DNA of 64,000 nt from an uncultured Methanosarcinaceae archaeon. Lineage in GTDB: Archaea > Halobacteriota > Methanosarcinia > Methanosarcinales > Methanosarcinaceae. A program made the translations under genes and the position numbers. Shown in pieces: positions 11,729 through 24,401 of this stretch. A model generated the notes under the pieces. That model saw only the letters and a program-made list of their open reading frames with translations, had not been told where the DNA came from and searched no databases. The stretch is taken from positions 128,001 to 192,000 of the forward strand of contig CAWHXP010000002.1 of NCBI GenBank assembly GCA_963833425.1, written 5' to 3'. Position 1 is the first letter of the stretch, and every line of letters starts with the position of its first letter.

Positions 11729-12322
11729 ATGCGCCTCGTTGCTTGCAGTAGAGTACGTTCGCGACCCGTTCCTTAGATAGTTTTTTACTGAAAGTCAATT
11801 ATCTGCATTTGCTTATATGCTTACTTTTCTTCCTGATCTCACTAATTCTAAACGTAATTTGCTATTATGTAGGAAGTAGTTCCACCATCGACTGTTCCAA
11901 TATATCCATTATCACTCCATAGTTCTTCAACCCAAAGCTGTTTTTTAATTTTCAGGGTATTCTTTGAAGATTTTTCTGGCTGTTGTCCTTTGAATGATCC
12001 ACATCACTCTTGAAGGGGAATACTTTGGCTCCCGAACAAAAAGTTCACTTGATCATCATCGCAGCCAATTGCATCAAATTCAAAAGAGTATCTTTAGCCA
12101 ACCTCAGAGAATACGTTTTTTTACAAAATTGACTACATCATCATTTAAAAAGTTTTTACGATATTTCATACAATAAACGATGTGATATTTAATTTCATAG
12201 ACACAATTATTTGCATGTCTTAATTCCATTTACAGCAAAAGGTGATTAAGAATATAAATCAGTTATTTAACAAAGGTTATCGGGGAAGGTTCCATCCCAG
12301 CAGCAAGCTGCTGGGTACTCGA
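11729..12322 (-). mobile_element. tnpA: IS200/IS605-family element with decayed tnpA (Y1 HUH transposase)
   Basis: MELRHANNCVYEIKYHIVYCMKYRK start at 12229, KKQLW..ELWSD motif, many stops; subterminal hairpin CCCAGCAGC-AA-GCTGCTGGG at 12296-12315. Confidence 0.8.
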
Positions 12323-12828
12323 ATGAAATAAATATTTGAATTATTTTTCTATAAAATTCGTGAAAAATTGATGAAATTTTTCTAAATATCTGAGCTAGTT
12401 GGTGAAGCACATTGGGGAATTAGATATTAAGCCAATACTGCAAGAATAAGACATCCTTAGACAAACTGGAAAATTGAGAAAATGGTTCAATACACATCAA
12501 AAGTTCAGATGCGAGTTTGAAATCGTGGAGAAATTAATTCAATGATACAACAGAAGCTTCACAGAGCCTTGAAAATTAAAGAACTGAATTATTAGAAAGT
12601 ACTTTTTAGAACAGATTACGAACGTAAGCAAAATTTTGAATATGAGTTAGATTTTTGGGTAGTGGATATCTGAGAAAATTAAAAAGAAGTTTCAACACGA
12701 AATCGTTTCAGGATCAAACATAAACTACCAGTTGAATATTAAGTTTTATAGAATCCTCAATATTCTACTGGCTAATTAACAATCATGGGAAAAAGCCATA
12801 TTATGAAACTTCAAGTTGGCAGATAGTT

Positions 12829-14799
12829 TTATCCTGTCCTTGCAAACATGCGGTCCAGTTCACCTTTTTTAAAGGTTATGATAGTTGGCCTTCCATGGGG
12901 GCAAGAGTAGGGATTTTCAGCCTTTTTGAGCTGATCTATTAACTCTTTCATCTGTACGGAGTTGAAGGCTGCTCCACCTTTAATTGCTGTCCTACATGCC
13001 AGTATCTTACAAACTTTTTCTGAAATCCCCGTATCCTTTTTAACCTTTCCTGTAGCTAAAAGGTCAGAGACTACATCATGGATAAGTTTCGGATCCTCAA
13101 GTTGCCCAAAAATTTCGGGCACGAATGTTACTACATAGGTATTGTCCCCGAATTCCGAGATTCCAAAGCCGTACTCTTCAAGATAGGGAATATATTCTTC
13201 CATAAGCACTTTTTCCTTCGGGGTGAGATCTATAGTTATGGGTATTATAAGCTCCTGTACTCTGGATTTTTTAATTTTTAATACCTTCTCGTAAAGAATT
13301 CTCTCATGAGCTGCATGCTGATCAATAAGCACTAAATCTTCTCCTTTTTCGGCAAGGATATACATTTTTGAAACTTGACCGATTATCCGAAGATTTTCAA
13401 AGGATTCTGTATTTAGTTTTTGTTTTGGTTCTTGCATATTATGTTCAGTTTCTATTTCCATCTCTTCCCATACTACACTATCCCGCTCTTTTTCTCTAAG
13501 GGCCTCCAGTACTTCTCTTTCTCCAGCAAAATCCAGAAGATGTTCTGATTTTTTTAGCTTTCTTTCGGTATCTTTTACGGGATAAGTATAAGATTTGGCT
13601 ATTTCTTGAAAAATTTTATTACTGCTCTCAGAAACTTCATATTTTTTTGCAATCTCTGTTTCCGCCATCATTTTTTGGGAGGTTTTCTGAGTACGTGATA
13701 CCTGCAATCTTCCTGAAGAACCTAAAACTTTGAAAGTTTTTTGAAAACCCCTGCTCCTGTTTTCCACGATCTCTGGTGCGAGTCCATGTTCAGAGAGGAC
13801 CTTTTCAACAGCAGCTGTTACTGCATCCCCAAGCTCTTTTTCCCGGCTAAAACGAACCTCTGCTTTTCGGGGATGAACATTGACATCCACTTCTCTTGGA
13901 TCAAGAATAAAGAAGAGTACTGCAACAGGATAACGTCCTTTTGGAATTTTGGTATAGTATCCCAAGCGTATAGCTGTAGTGATGGCTCTTGAAGATACAG
14001 GGCGCGTATTTACGAAAAGAAAAATCTGGTCACTTTCTGCCCTGCTAGCTTCTGGTTTAGAGATGTAACCTCGGATTTCAAAGCCTTCGATCCTATGTTC
14101 CAAAGGAAGCAGCGAGCGAGCGATGTCTGGACCCAGAACATTGACAATACAATTGAAAAGATCGCTTGATCCCATTTTTTGAAGGACTGTTTTCCTTTCA
14201 CTGAGGAGTGTAAAAGAAATATTCATATTTGCCAGGGCAAGCTGCGTGACTATATCTACAATATAGGCAAGTTCCATACGATCACTTTTGAGGTATTTGC
14301 ACCTTGCAGGCGTATTATAAAAGAGATCCTTTACACGTACTGAGGTGCCTGGAGCAGTGCCTACATCTGAGGTTTCAAGTACTTTTCCACCATGGATAAC
14401 TATCTTCGTGCCCGTGATTTCTTTTGAGGGACGGGTAAGGATTTCCATCTTTGCAACAGATGAGATCGAAGAAAGAGCTTCTCCCCTGAAGCCCATTGTC
14501 GATATAGTATCAAGATCCGCTATATTAGTAAGTTTGCTTGTTGCATGTTTTTTGTATGCAATCAGTGCGTCTGCCCTGTTCATCCCGCACCCATTGTCCC
14601 GAATAAGAATTGAATTTTTACCACCTTTCTCAACTTCAATCCGAATATCGTTAGCTTCTGCGTCGATTGAATTATCTATAAGCTCCTTCACCACGGATGC
14701 CGGGCGTTCGATTACTTCTCCTGCTGCGATTTTGTTTATCGTATCCTGATCAAGGATTCGAATCTTATTTCCCAGCGCTTCAATATATTCTTCCATCAT
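12829..14799 (-). CDS. mutL: DNA mismatch repair protein MutL
   Basis: NKIAAGEVIERPASVVKEL, GFRGEAL, DVNVHPRK, DQHAAHER endonuclease motif, CPHGRP. Confidence 0.98.
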   Translation of the reverse strand: MMEEYIEALGNKIRILDQDTINKIAAGEVIERPASVVKELIDNSIDAEANDIRIEVEKGGKNSILIRDNGCGMNRADALIAYKKHATSKLTNIADLDTISTMGFRGEALSSISSVAKMEILTRPSKEITGTKIVIHGGKVLETSDVGTAPGTSVRVKDLFYNTPARCKYLKSDRMELAYIVDIVTQLALANMNISFTLLSERKTVLQKMGSSDLFNCIVNVLGPDIARSLLPLEHRIEGFEIRGYISKPEASRAESDQIFLFVNTRPVSSRAITTAIRLGYYTKIPKGRYPVAVLFFILDPREVDVNVHPRKAEVRFSREKELGDAVTAAVEKVLSEHGLAPEIVENRSRGFQKTFKVLGSSGRLQVSRTQKTSQKMMAETEIAKKYEVSESSNKIFQEIAKSYTYPVKDTERKLKKSEHLLDFAGEREVLEALREKERDSVVWEEMEIETEHNMQEPKQKLNTESFENLRIIGQVSKMYILAEKGEDLVLIDQHAAHERILYEKVLKIKKSRVQELIIPITIDLTPKEKVLMEEYIPYLEEYGFGISEFGDNTYVVTFVPEIFGQLEDPKLIHDVVSDLLATGKVKKDTGISEKVCKILACRTAIKGGAAFNSVQMKELIDQLKKAENPYSCPHGRPTIITFKKGELDRMFARTG

Positions 14800-15019
14800 T
14801 CCTTTACTCCATCAAAAACCAGAAAAATATACTTCAAACATATTTTAAAATATCAAAATACCCTTTGATCCGACATTTCACAAATGTACACAGATGTATA
14901 ATTTTTTGCCTCTTTTCCCCCATAATTCATTGAAAGTTAGATTACTTTTCAAGCTACTTTCAGATTGAGGAAATTGTGGAATTCTGATGTAAATACGCAG
15001 AGAGTGAGTTTGACACTCC

Positions 15020-17740
15020 TTAATCTAGAAGCTTTTTTAGTTCATGGAGTTTATTCAGAGCTTCTATTGGCGTCATTTCTTCAACATTCAATATTCTCAT
15101 GGCTGCTTCCACAGGACCAGGCCTTTTTAAAGCATCGAATTTATTTACTTGTGCCGGAATTCCTTCGTGACTTCCAGGATCAAAAAGCATCATCTGAGTA
15201 TATCGTGCAATTGCTTTACTTTTTTTCATTTTCCTTTTATCGCTGTCTTCGGCTTCCTTAAAAACGTTTTCCCTTTCAATTTCCTCAAGAATCTCATTTG
15301 CTCTTTCGATTACCTTTTCCGGTACACCCGCAAGCCTTGCAACATGAATCCCGTAACTCTTGTCCGTTGCTCCGGGTACGATTTTTCTCAGAAAGACAAG
15401 TTCATGACCTTTTTCGGTTACTGCGATATGATAATTTTTGACCCTTTTCAACTTCTCCTCAAGGGCTGTGAGCTGGTGGTAATGAGTTGCAAATAGAGCC
15501 CTTACTCCAACCTTTCCTCTATTATGCAGAAACTCTACAACAGATTTTGCAATGCTATATCCATCATAAGTACTCGTTCCCCTCCCTATTTCGTCAAGAA
15601 GTACGAGGCTTTTAGAGCTTGCATTGTTCAGGATATTTGCAAGCTCTATCATCTCTACCATGAAAGTGCTCTGCCCGTTTGCGAGGTCGTCAAAGGCTCC
15701 TATTCTTGTAAAAATCTGGTCAATAATCCCTACAGAGGCATGAGATGCAGGAACAAAAGAGCCTGCTTGAGCCATGATAGCTATAAGTGCAATCTGGCGC
15801 ATGTAAGTAGACTTCCCAGCCATATTCGGGCCCGTAACTAGCAAAAACTGATTTTCTTTGCAATCCATTTCCGTGTCGTTAGGGACAAAACCCATTGGAA
15901 TTACATTTTCAATGACAGGATGCCTCCCATCCCGAATGAGAATCTTGCAATCTTCTGTAAGCTGAGGCCTAGTATAGTTGCTATTTCCTGCTACTTCAGC
16001 GAGGGCTGAAAGAGCATCCAGAGTTCCTATTCTTCCGGCTGTTTCCTGGAGTTCTTTAGAACTTACTGAAAGAGTCTGCGTAATTATCGTAAAGATTTCA
16101 TATTCTAGAGCCATAGCTTTTTCATTGGCTGTAAGGATCAGACTCTCTTTTTCTTTGAGCTCAGGTGTAAAAAAACGCTCTGCATTTGCTATTGTCTGCT
16201 TTCTAATATAATCTTCAGGCACCTGGTTGCAGTTGACATTGGTTACTTCAATATAATAGCCAAAAACCTTATTATATCCAACTTTCAGGGACTTAATCCC
16301 ACTTCTCTCTTTTTCCTTCTGCTGAAAATCCGCAATCCACTGTTTGCTGTTTCTGGCAATATTCCGGAGCTCGTCGAGTTCTGCGTTATATCCTGGTTTT
16401 ATCATTCCGCCTTCCCTGACTGATACTGGAGGCTCTTCAACTATTGCTTTTTCTATCATTTCAGCCAGATTTTCGAGCTCTGAAAAAGATGCAAGTCCTT
16501 CAGCAATTTCTTTCAACAATTTTACTTCCTTTTTTTCCATCAAACAGTCCCGAATAGGAGATACGGCATTAAGGGACTTTTTCAGAGCTACAAGATCTCT
16601 TGAGTTTGCATTTCCATATACAACTCTTCCTACGAGACGTTCTATGTCTCTTACCTCGGACAGCCATTTTCGAATATCGTAACGGATCAAGGGATCTGAT
16701 ACTAGCTCCTCGACAACATCGAGTCGAAAGTTGATTTTTTCTATGGATAACAAGGGTTTTGAAAGCCACTTTTTAATTATACGGCTTCCCATATGTGTTT
16801 TTGTACAGTTTAGAATTTTGTAAAGAGAATTTTTGTCTCCCCCATCCCTAACATTTTTTATAATTTCGAGATTGTGCAGGGTTATTGAGTCAAGAATCAT
16901 AAATTCGGAGTTCAAGTATGTCTTCAAAGTGTTTATATGAACAAGGTCCCTCATTTGTGTATTCTGTGCATATTCCAAAGCAGCCCATGCAGAACATACT
17001 GCAAAATCTAGTTTTTCACAGCCCATCCCTTCAAGAGTTGCAACCTTGAAATGAGCTTTCAGCTTTTCTCCAGCTTCCTCTGCTTCTGAGATTTCAGGAA
17101 CAAATTCCTGAATAATAGTTTGATCTTTCAGTTTATCTGTGAGTTCTGAATTCCCATGAAGTGAAGGGGGCAAAATACATTCTGCAGGGCTCATACGGAC
17201 AAATTCGCTAAGTAATTTCTCAAAGCTTTCAGAGTCTCTAAATTGAGTTGTAAGAAATTCTCCTGTAGAAATATCCAGGAAGGAGACTCCGATTTCTATT
17301 TCCTTTTTTGTATTTTTCCCAGATATTCCAACTTCTCTCCCTGCAACTGCCATCAAGTAATTATTCGAAGCATCCGAAAACATTGAAGAATCAATTACTG
17401 TACCAGGGGTAACTATCCTGACCACCCCTCTCTTTACAACTCCTTTCGCCTGCTTTGGATCTTCGAGCTGTTCGCAGATAGCTACCTTGTATCCTTTGTT
17501 TATGAGCTTTGGCAAGTAAGTGTCGATAGCATGGTAAGGGATTCCTGCAAGCGGCATTCTGTCCCCTGTCCTATCTTTTCCCCGAGCTGTCAGTGTTATT
17601 TCAAGTTCTTTGGATATGGTTTTTGCGTCTTCCCCAAAGGACTCATAGAAATCTCCCATTCGAAAAAAAACAAGTGTATCAGGGTATGCCTGCTTGGCTT
17701 CGTAATACTGACGCATTGCAGGGGTCATCATTTCAGTCAT
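15020..17740 (-). CDS. mutS: DNA mismatch repair protein MutS
   Basis: TPAMRQY, GDFYE, TGPNMAGKSTY Walker A, DEIGRGTST, ATHY. Confidence 0.98.
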   Translation of the reverse strand: MTEMMTPAMRQYYEAKQAYPDTLVFFRMGDFYESFGEDAKTISKELEITLTARGKDRTGDRMPLAGIPYHAIDTYLPKLINKGYKVAICEQLEDPKQAKGVVKRGVVRIVTPGTVIDSSMFSDASNNYLMAVAGREVGISGKNTKKEIEIGVSFLDISTGEFLTTQFRDSESFEKLLSEFVRMSPAECILPPSLHGNSELTDKLKDQTIIQEFVPEISEAEEAGEKLKAHFKVATLEGMGCEKLDFAVCSAWAALEYAQNTQMRDLVHINTLKTYLNSEFMILDSITLHNLEIIKNVRDGGDKNSLYKILNCTKTHMGSRIIKKWLSKPLLSIEKINFRLDVVEELVSDPLIRYDIRKWLSEVRDIERLVGRVVYGNANSRDLVALKKSLNAVSPIRDCLMEKKEVKLLKEIAEGLASFSELENLAEMIEKAIVEEPPVSVREGGMIKPGYNAELDELRNIARNSKQWIADFQQKEKERSGIKSLKVGYNKVFGYYIEVTNVNCNQVPEDYIRKQTIANAERFFTPELKEKESLILTANEKAMALEYEIFTIITQTLSVSSKELQETAGRIGTLDALSALAEVAGNSNYTRPQLTEDCKILIRDGRHPVIENVIPMGFVPNDTEMDCKENQFLLVTGPNMAGKSTYMRQIALIAIMAQAGSFVPASHASVGIIDQIFTRIGAFDDLANGQSTFMVEMIELANILNNASSKSLVLLDEIGRGTSTYDGYSIAKSVVEFLHNRGKVGVRALFATHYHQLTALEEKLKRVKNYHIAVTEKGHELVFLRKIVPGATDKSYGIHVARLAGVPEKVIERANEILEEIERENVFKEAEDSDKRKMKKSKAIARYTQMMLFDPGSHEGIPAQVNKFDALKRPGPVEAAMRILNVEEMTPIEALNKLHELKKLLD

Positions 17741-18880
17741 TTGTTATCTCACTGTAAGCTGTTGAGCGTTTTAGTTTAAAATGAATCTGTGTGTAGTTAC
17801 TTGGACATGTTATAGGGTGTGATTATATAAGCCGATTGATTTTTTCGCGTTTCAAGTTCCTTAAAAAGGATATCCTCATCTTAAATTATCTTTCTATATA
17901 TGATTAACAAATAGATACTTTAAGTCATGTCGTAGGGAGAAACTAATATTAATCGAGGAAAAATAATTGAAGTCTTCTTTACCGCTTGAATACTGATTAA
18001 TATACTACGAATTTGGTAAGTATGTAGGTACATTCCACCACTGCAAAAAATCCGGGCACTCAGCAGCTTTTTTGTATAGATTCATAGGAAGTAGTCGAAA
18101 AAAATACGGAAAAGTATAAGTTTGAAAGAGCTAATGAATCGGCATGAACTTAAACATGTTTACTAAAATATTTTTCTTTAAATACATTGTTTTGGTCTTT
18201 TAAGTTTTGTGGGAAAACTCGATCTTGATGGAGATGAATGATTGAGTTCAAGGTATCTAAGTTTTTTTATACATGGTTTCAGTCCTTCAAGTTTATTTGG
18301 GAAAACTCAATCTTTAATGTAGCTTGGGGATTTATCCCAGGGCTTCCGAGTATTTTGAATCAGCATTTTTCCTGCTATCATACTAGTACTTTGACATTTC
18401 ACTCCAAATTTGACATATTTTACCTACTGATACAGTAGTTCTTGACAATAAATACAATGATTACTTCAACTTCAGGTCTGCCCCAGAGACTGTTTTGTTA
18501 AAATATATAGACTCAAAAATGATACTAAAAGATTTCCAATCAATTAAGGAATCAATTTTAATAAGTTTGTCTCCAAATTATTGAAGAAATATATATATCT
18601 TAAAGAGCAAATCAGTAATATTTTTCATGATTAAAATTTATTGTTAATAGATTTAAACTCTACAATACTCAAATTGATATGATTTTATCGAAATTCTCTA
18701 AAGAATGAAAATATGGTTTTAAAATTAAATAGTGGCATTTTGAGGTATAGGATTATCTCTTATCATCACAAAATAACGCTTTAAATATCTTCAATTTACT
18801 ATCAACCATTTTGTGAGGCATATTTGATAAAATAATTTTTTTTAGTATATGAAATCTCTGTATTCAAGGAAGTTTTTTCC

Positions 18881-19636
18881 ATGGAACTTGAAAAAATTAT
18901 AGAAATTCTTGAACAAATTGCACCACTTGAACTTGCTGACGATTTTGACGAAGGCAAGATTGGATTAATTCTTGGCCTGAAAAATGATATAGAAAAGATT
19001 GCAGTTGCTCTTGATGCTAATTCCTACGTTCTTAAAAAAGCCGCCGAAGTGAGAGCAGATTTATTGATCACTCACCACACTCTTATCTTCCATCCTATTA
19101 ACAAAATTTCAAAATCACTAGCTTCTTCTCTTAAGCTTGCCTTTGAAAATGGAATATCTCTTTACAGCATGCACACAAATTATGACAGGGCAAAAGAAGG
19201 TATTAATGGTACCCTTGCGGTAAAGATTGGGCTCCAAAATTGCGAAACTATAGAAATAGGTATAATAGGGGAAGTAGAACCTTGTTCTTCAGCTAAATTG
19301 GCATCCCACATATCAGAATGTCTGCAGACTCCTGTAGTGTATGCCGGAGAAAGGGAAGGGATCAGGCGGGTTATGGTTATTGGAGGTAGTGGTTTCAAGA
19401 GTGAATTTCTTGAAATTGGCAGAGCAAACGGAATTGATGCTTTTATATCTTCCGAACTTAAGCATGAGGTTCTTCGAGCCTACGAGAATATCTGCCTAAT
19501 TGACGCTACTCACTATGCCACGGAAAGCCCGGGAATGGAGGCTTTATGCCTAAGGCTGCGTGAACTTCTTGAAATTGAGGTTGAGTTCATTGAACAGCCC
19601 TCTGGACTAAAGACAATCGATAGAACATGTCCATGA
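18881..19636 (+). CDS. Nif3-like dinuclear metal-centre protein (NIF3/YbgI family)
   Basis: LITHH, SMHTNYD, DATHYATE motifs. Confidence 0.93.
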   Translation: MELEKIIEILEQIAPLELADDFDEGKIGLILGLKNDIEKIAVALDANSYVLKKAAEVRADLLITHHTLIFHPINKISKSLASSLKLAFENGISLYSMHTNYDRAKEGINGTLAVKIGLQNCETIEIGIIGEVEPCSSAKLASHISECLQTPVVYAGEREGIRRVMVIGGSGFKSEFLEIGRANGIDAFISSELKHEVLRAYENICLIDATHYATESPGMEALCLRLRELLEIEVEFIEQPSGLKTIDRTCP

Positions 19637-19862
19637 TGACTGCGGTATCCAAAAACGATATTATTAACAGTTTATTTTTTGTGAGGATATCTGCAGAAAG
19701 TAGGTTGCAATGTATCCATTAGGACCACCCACATTGATGGAAAAGCTTGAGAAGAAAAGCTTGAGAAGTTCCCTCGAAAAAAAAATCAAAATTAAATAAT
19801 AATCTCATATAAAAGTTAAAATAAACTAAGATCCTAAATAAAAATTAGATGATGATGAGATT

Positions 19863-20974
19863 TCAATTCCCAGGATTTCGATTAAACTCGTAGTTGCACC
19901 TGATACCCTCGAGATCAAAACATAGATTACAAGATGCACAAATTGCCTTATTATCTTTTTCAGACTTAAGTTTCAAAACTAGATCGGGCTCGCAGATGAA
20001 TGGCCTGCTCATGAAAACTAAATCTGCATATCCTTCTTCAAGCAGACTCTCCATTACAGAAAGAGATCGGATACCCCCTACAAGCATTACAGGGATATTT
20101 ACTGCTTTTTTTATTGCTTTAGAATATTCTCCAAAATATGCCTCTTCAGCAGGAGAGTTAATTGCGGTTCTTACGGTTACTCTACCTGCCTCACTTATCC
20201 CTCCGCTAACCTTGATTGCACATACTCCAGTTTTCTCTAGAAGTTTTGCAGTCTCCACAACCTGTGAAACATCATTCCCGAGATCTGCTTTTTGAAAGCC
20301 AGGATGGAAACCATCGGTTGCATTCAATTTGACGAGAATTGGGAAATTAGCTCCAGTTTGTTCTTTTATTTGTCTGACAATCTCCGTGACCATTCTTGCC
20401 CGATTTTCAACTGAGCTCCCCCAACTGTCAGTTCTTCTATTTGTATATGGAGAAATGAAATTACATAATAGGAAACCATGGGCACAATGAAGCTGTACTC
20501 CGTCGAAGCCAGCTTTTTTTGCCCGAATAGCTCCTTTTGTAAAGGCATCAATTACTTCAAGGATTTCCTGTTCGGTTATTTCCCTAGGCACAACTGTAGA
20601 AAGTTAGTCTTTAATTTTCGAAGGAGCTATAGGAACTGGATATTCATCAGAAATTGTTGCTTGCCTCCCTCCATACACGATCTAGAGTATGATTTTGCTT
20701 TTGTATCTGTGTACTATCTCGGTTATCTTCACGTAAGGTTCAATAAAATAATCATCATAGATACCCTGCTGATAAATAATACTCTACTCACCAGGAAGTA
20801 CATAAGAAAATCCTGTTATAATCAACCCGACTTCATTTTTTGCAAGCTCCTCATAAAGTCTCCAAGTCTGGAAGTGGGTTTCCTGTCTTCTTCAGCCATG
20901 GATTCATTTGTTGCAGACCTAACTACACGATTAAGAAGATCTAGGTTGCAGACTGTGATAGGATCAAAAATCAT
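19863..20974 (-). pseudogene. NADH:flavin oxidoreductase (Old Yellow Enzyme family), 5' part disrupted
   Basis: NRVVRSAT N-terminus, AGFDGVQLHCAHGFL, NRRTDSWG; two frameshifts plus TAG/TAA stops upstream of the 242-aa residual ORF. Confidence 0.88.
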
Positions 20975-22125
20975 AAGAAAAATAAGAGAAGAGGAGATAA
21001 ATAATTATTTTCTATTTCCTGAAAAAGAGAACTTTTCGGGCGCAAAATTTTCTCATATACGAATTATCTCATATGCGAAAAAAGAAAAGGAAATTTAGAT
21101 TAGAAAACTTCATATTCAACCTAATTAGATAATTCAGGTTATTATATATTTTGATATGTAGTTTTCTGAATAAATTCGATTCATGGAATAATTTACTTGT
21201 ACTTTCATTTCTAAGGCAAATTAATTATTTATTTTTTTTCAAACATATCTTCATTATTCCTTTGCATTAACAATTAGAAGCTGAGAAATCAAACTCAATA
21301 GAACTAAATTGGATACAGGTATTTTAGTCAAAAAAATGTCTAATTTGTGGTGTTGGATTCTAATGATTAGCTTGATTTGCTGTTTTCTTGGAATCTTCTG
21401 AGCCTGTAATGTTTAAATAGCCGGATAGCTACAATGACATAATAGTTCGCTACATTAGCATCATATCTTTCAATCATGCTATAGCCATTACTTATTTCAC
21501 CCCTCTCACAAGATTGGTAAGACTGAAAAATAACAGGGTCATCGTTTTTAAAGTTTTATACAACGAATTTTTGGTGTATTACCTATCTATTTACTCACTT
21601 CATTCGGCTTGAAATGATTTAAGAACTTTCCTTTTAAGGTAAAAAAATTTAGAGCTGTTCTTTTCTTGCTTGAATAAACTCTATTGACCTTTTTCTCAAT
21701 AGTTCCAATGGAGGATATCATCTAAATTTGACAGATTTTCCAAGGCTAGCATCAAGGTGCTCCGACGGTAATATCCAGTACTAGAATTATCTGATTATCC
21801 CTCAACTATCCATCTCTCATTTAACCTCTTGATTTAATACTTTTTTCCTCAATTTTCTGTAAAAAGGGTAAGAGATCACCTTTTACTTCCATCAGGAGAA
21901 CTGGTGCCGTTCGAGTTATTTTTCAGTCAAGTGGCCCAGCTTTCTGCAAGATGTTAACTTCCCAGCTAACCGCTAATTGACGGACTAATTTATTTGTAAA
22001 TTTATCATTGTACTAGAAAAGGAACTAATACACTCAAACCATTGTATTTACAAAATAATATATCACATATTCTTTTTATATGAAATATCGCAATTTTTAT
22101 TTAGACAATGAAAATATCAATTATT

Positions 22126-23125
22126 GGCTCTGTAGAAATCCTTAATTTGATGTAAATTATTTCTATAACTTTTTTGTTTATGCTGTATACTATTAATTTA
22201 ATTTTAATCTTTTTTTACTTGATAACGGAATTTTCTTGCCCTTAGTGTTTCTCCTAATTTTCTTTTAACTACAGAAAATATTGTCTCCACAATATTTCTT
22301 TGATTTATCTAATTTTGCCAAAGACCAGGTTCAATTGTTTCTATATTTTCCTATTATTTTCTCCCTTTTTCTCTCTCTTACAGGTATAATTGAATCTGCT
22401 TTGATTTCTTCTCTAATTATAGAATGTATTTTTTCTGAATCGTATCCTTTATCCATTACATAACAATCAGACTTTCTCATCTTATTTGATTGCCTTATCA
22501 GAGCATTTGCATGTTTGATTTCATGGTCTGTTTTTTGACTAATTTTTCATCCCAATATTATCTTTTTACTTGTGTCCACTGACATTGAAGTTCTCAGGAA
22601 GCTTCTTCGAAGCTTCCCTGTTTTTCTGGAATAATAACAACTTGCATATGAACTCGTAAATCCTGTTGCATCAATCGCTGCAACATAGACATCTCTCCAT
22701 ACGAGTAAAACAGCTTTAGACTCCTTTACAGGAGAAGGTTAAACAGATAAGAGGGAATCCTGATTACAAACTTTTGAAGGGTAGTGAAATGTGGAATCTT
22801 ACCAAGAGCAAGTTTTTCTTTTAAATCGCTTATAAGGTCAATAAGTTCTCAAAATCTCGATAGTCTGTAATAATATGCTCTTTCAATAAAACCAGTATAA
22901 TAAGCTGATGCTGGGTATAAACGTGTTTTGAATGCTTGCAGGAATTAAGCTTCATTCTCGAAGACTGAAAGGCTTCGAGGCTGGTATCAACAAATTTAAT
23001 GTACTTATTAAACTTCAATATTGAATGTTCCTTCGTTTTTAGCGAAAAAAATAACAAAAAATTATAACGGAACAGTAATTAATATTATAGTGTAAAAGTT
23101 CAATTTAGAGCATTTCTAAAGAGCC
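22126..23125 (-). mobile_element. IS5-family (probably ISH1-like) element, transposase disrupted, copy 1
   Basis: Ends GGCTCTGTAGAAAT / ATTTCTAAAGAGCC with 8-bp direct repeat CAATTATT; SKHVYTQHQL, IPHFTTLQKF, IDATGF fragments; near-identical to 40090-41091. Confidence 0.9.
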
Positions 23126-23129
23126 CAAT

Positions 23130-23450
23130 TATTTAAAATTTATATGTTTCGAAATTGGTAGAAATGTGATGTTTTAAGTTTGATGCAATGTTTAGTGATG
23201 ATTCACATATACAATTTTTCTTTGGAACTGAAAAATATTTTCTTTCAAAAATGATGCAGATTATTAAGATTCTCATACAAGAAAGGTCTTTAAAGAATAA
23301 TCTGAGATCAAAAAACAGCTTTTGGGTTGTGAACTTTGGAGTGATAGATGTTACATTGAAACTGTGATGATGGTACAAATTCCGATGTACATAATAATTA
23401 TATTGAAATCAGAAAACAGGAGCAAAAAGAATAACACAAGCAAATAAAAT
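23130..23450 (+). pseudogene. IS200-family tnpA fragment
   Basis: Similar to 25980-26230 (inverted) and to 11.8-12.0 kb; KKQL.GCELWSDRCYIETV. Confidence 0.65.
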
Positions 23451-23866
23451 AAATTATTTTGGATAATTTATTTATATATGTAGCAATGGTGATACGAACT
23501 CGTGCTGCAGTGGGATCCACAACAACTTTGATTCACAAAAAACAGTTACAACAGAGGCAGATCTAACGAGTAGATAATAAGGATAAAAATTAACTGTGAG
23601 ATATCAGTTTTTCAGCTGTCTGAAAAGATGGAACTACCCTAGTTTGTGATTAAAACAAAATTTTTTTGAAAAATATCAAAAAAATATAAGAAAGCATTTA
23701 TTGAATGGAGTTCTAATCTGAAATTTTATCCTGAAAAGGAGGATCAAAAATTTCTGGAAAAAATTTAATATCCTCCCTAACTATGCTTATTATCAATATT
23801 AGCCATTTTTCACAGAACATACCCAAAAATAGGAATTTTTCCGGGGAAAGTGGCTGATAAAACAGA

Positions 23867-24274
23867 TTAATCAATGGTTCTTTTGCTCAGGATGTAAAGG
23901 ATCATGTCTGAATTCAACTTGCTTTCTCTTGAAAGTTTTTCAGCAATGACCTCATTTGTGAAGCGATCAGCTTTTAATTCCTGAATCTTTTCCAGCACAC
24001 TCTGAGAGACATTGTAATATTCGTTTATGTCTTTTCGATGTCCCCATACATCCCCTTCCAGGAGATTTATCTTTTGCATTTCCAGAAACATTTCAATTGA
24101 CTTCGAAACAGTCCTTTTGTAGGATTTTGGAAGCTGTATTGCTTCAATTTTAGGACATGTTTCAGCAAGCACAAATACATCTTTGTTAGATGGTCTGAAA
24201 GCAAGGTGGACAACCTTCTCGTTCGGATTCAGGACAGGAATTTCCTGCCGTGAACTAACTACTCTGATTTTCAT
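23867..24274 (-). CDS. DUF1699-family protein
   Basis: MKIRVVSSR..I..LNPNEKVVHLAFRPSNKD and GDVWGHRKDINEYY signature. Confidence 0.88.
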   Translation of the reverse strand: MKIRVVSSRQEIPVLNPNEKVVHLAFRPSNKDVFVLAETCPKIEAIQLPKSYKRTVSKSIEMFLEMQKINLLEGDVWGHRKDINEYYNVSQSVLEKIQELKADRFTNEVIAEKLSRESKLNSDMILYILSKRTID

Positions 24275-24401
24275 ATTGATCCCCCACTCTTCATTTTAAG
24301 AATTAAGTATTTATTTGTTTAAAATTTAAATCTTTATTCATATAAATACCAAATTTTGATTATGCATTTAAATTTTATATACATATCGATTAGCTAAAAT
24401 A

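Noticed and set aside
12829..17740. mutS-mutL in an archaeon as a novelty
   Set aside because: Already known in Methanosarcinales and haloarchaea
20600..20800. Two TAG codons in the OYE-like gene as possible pyrrolysine sites
   Set aside because: The same region has a TAA stop and two frameshifts, so ordinary decay explains them
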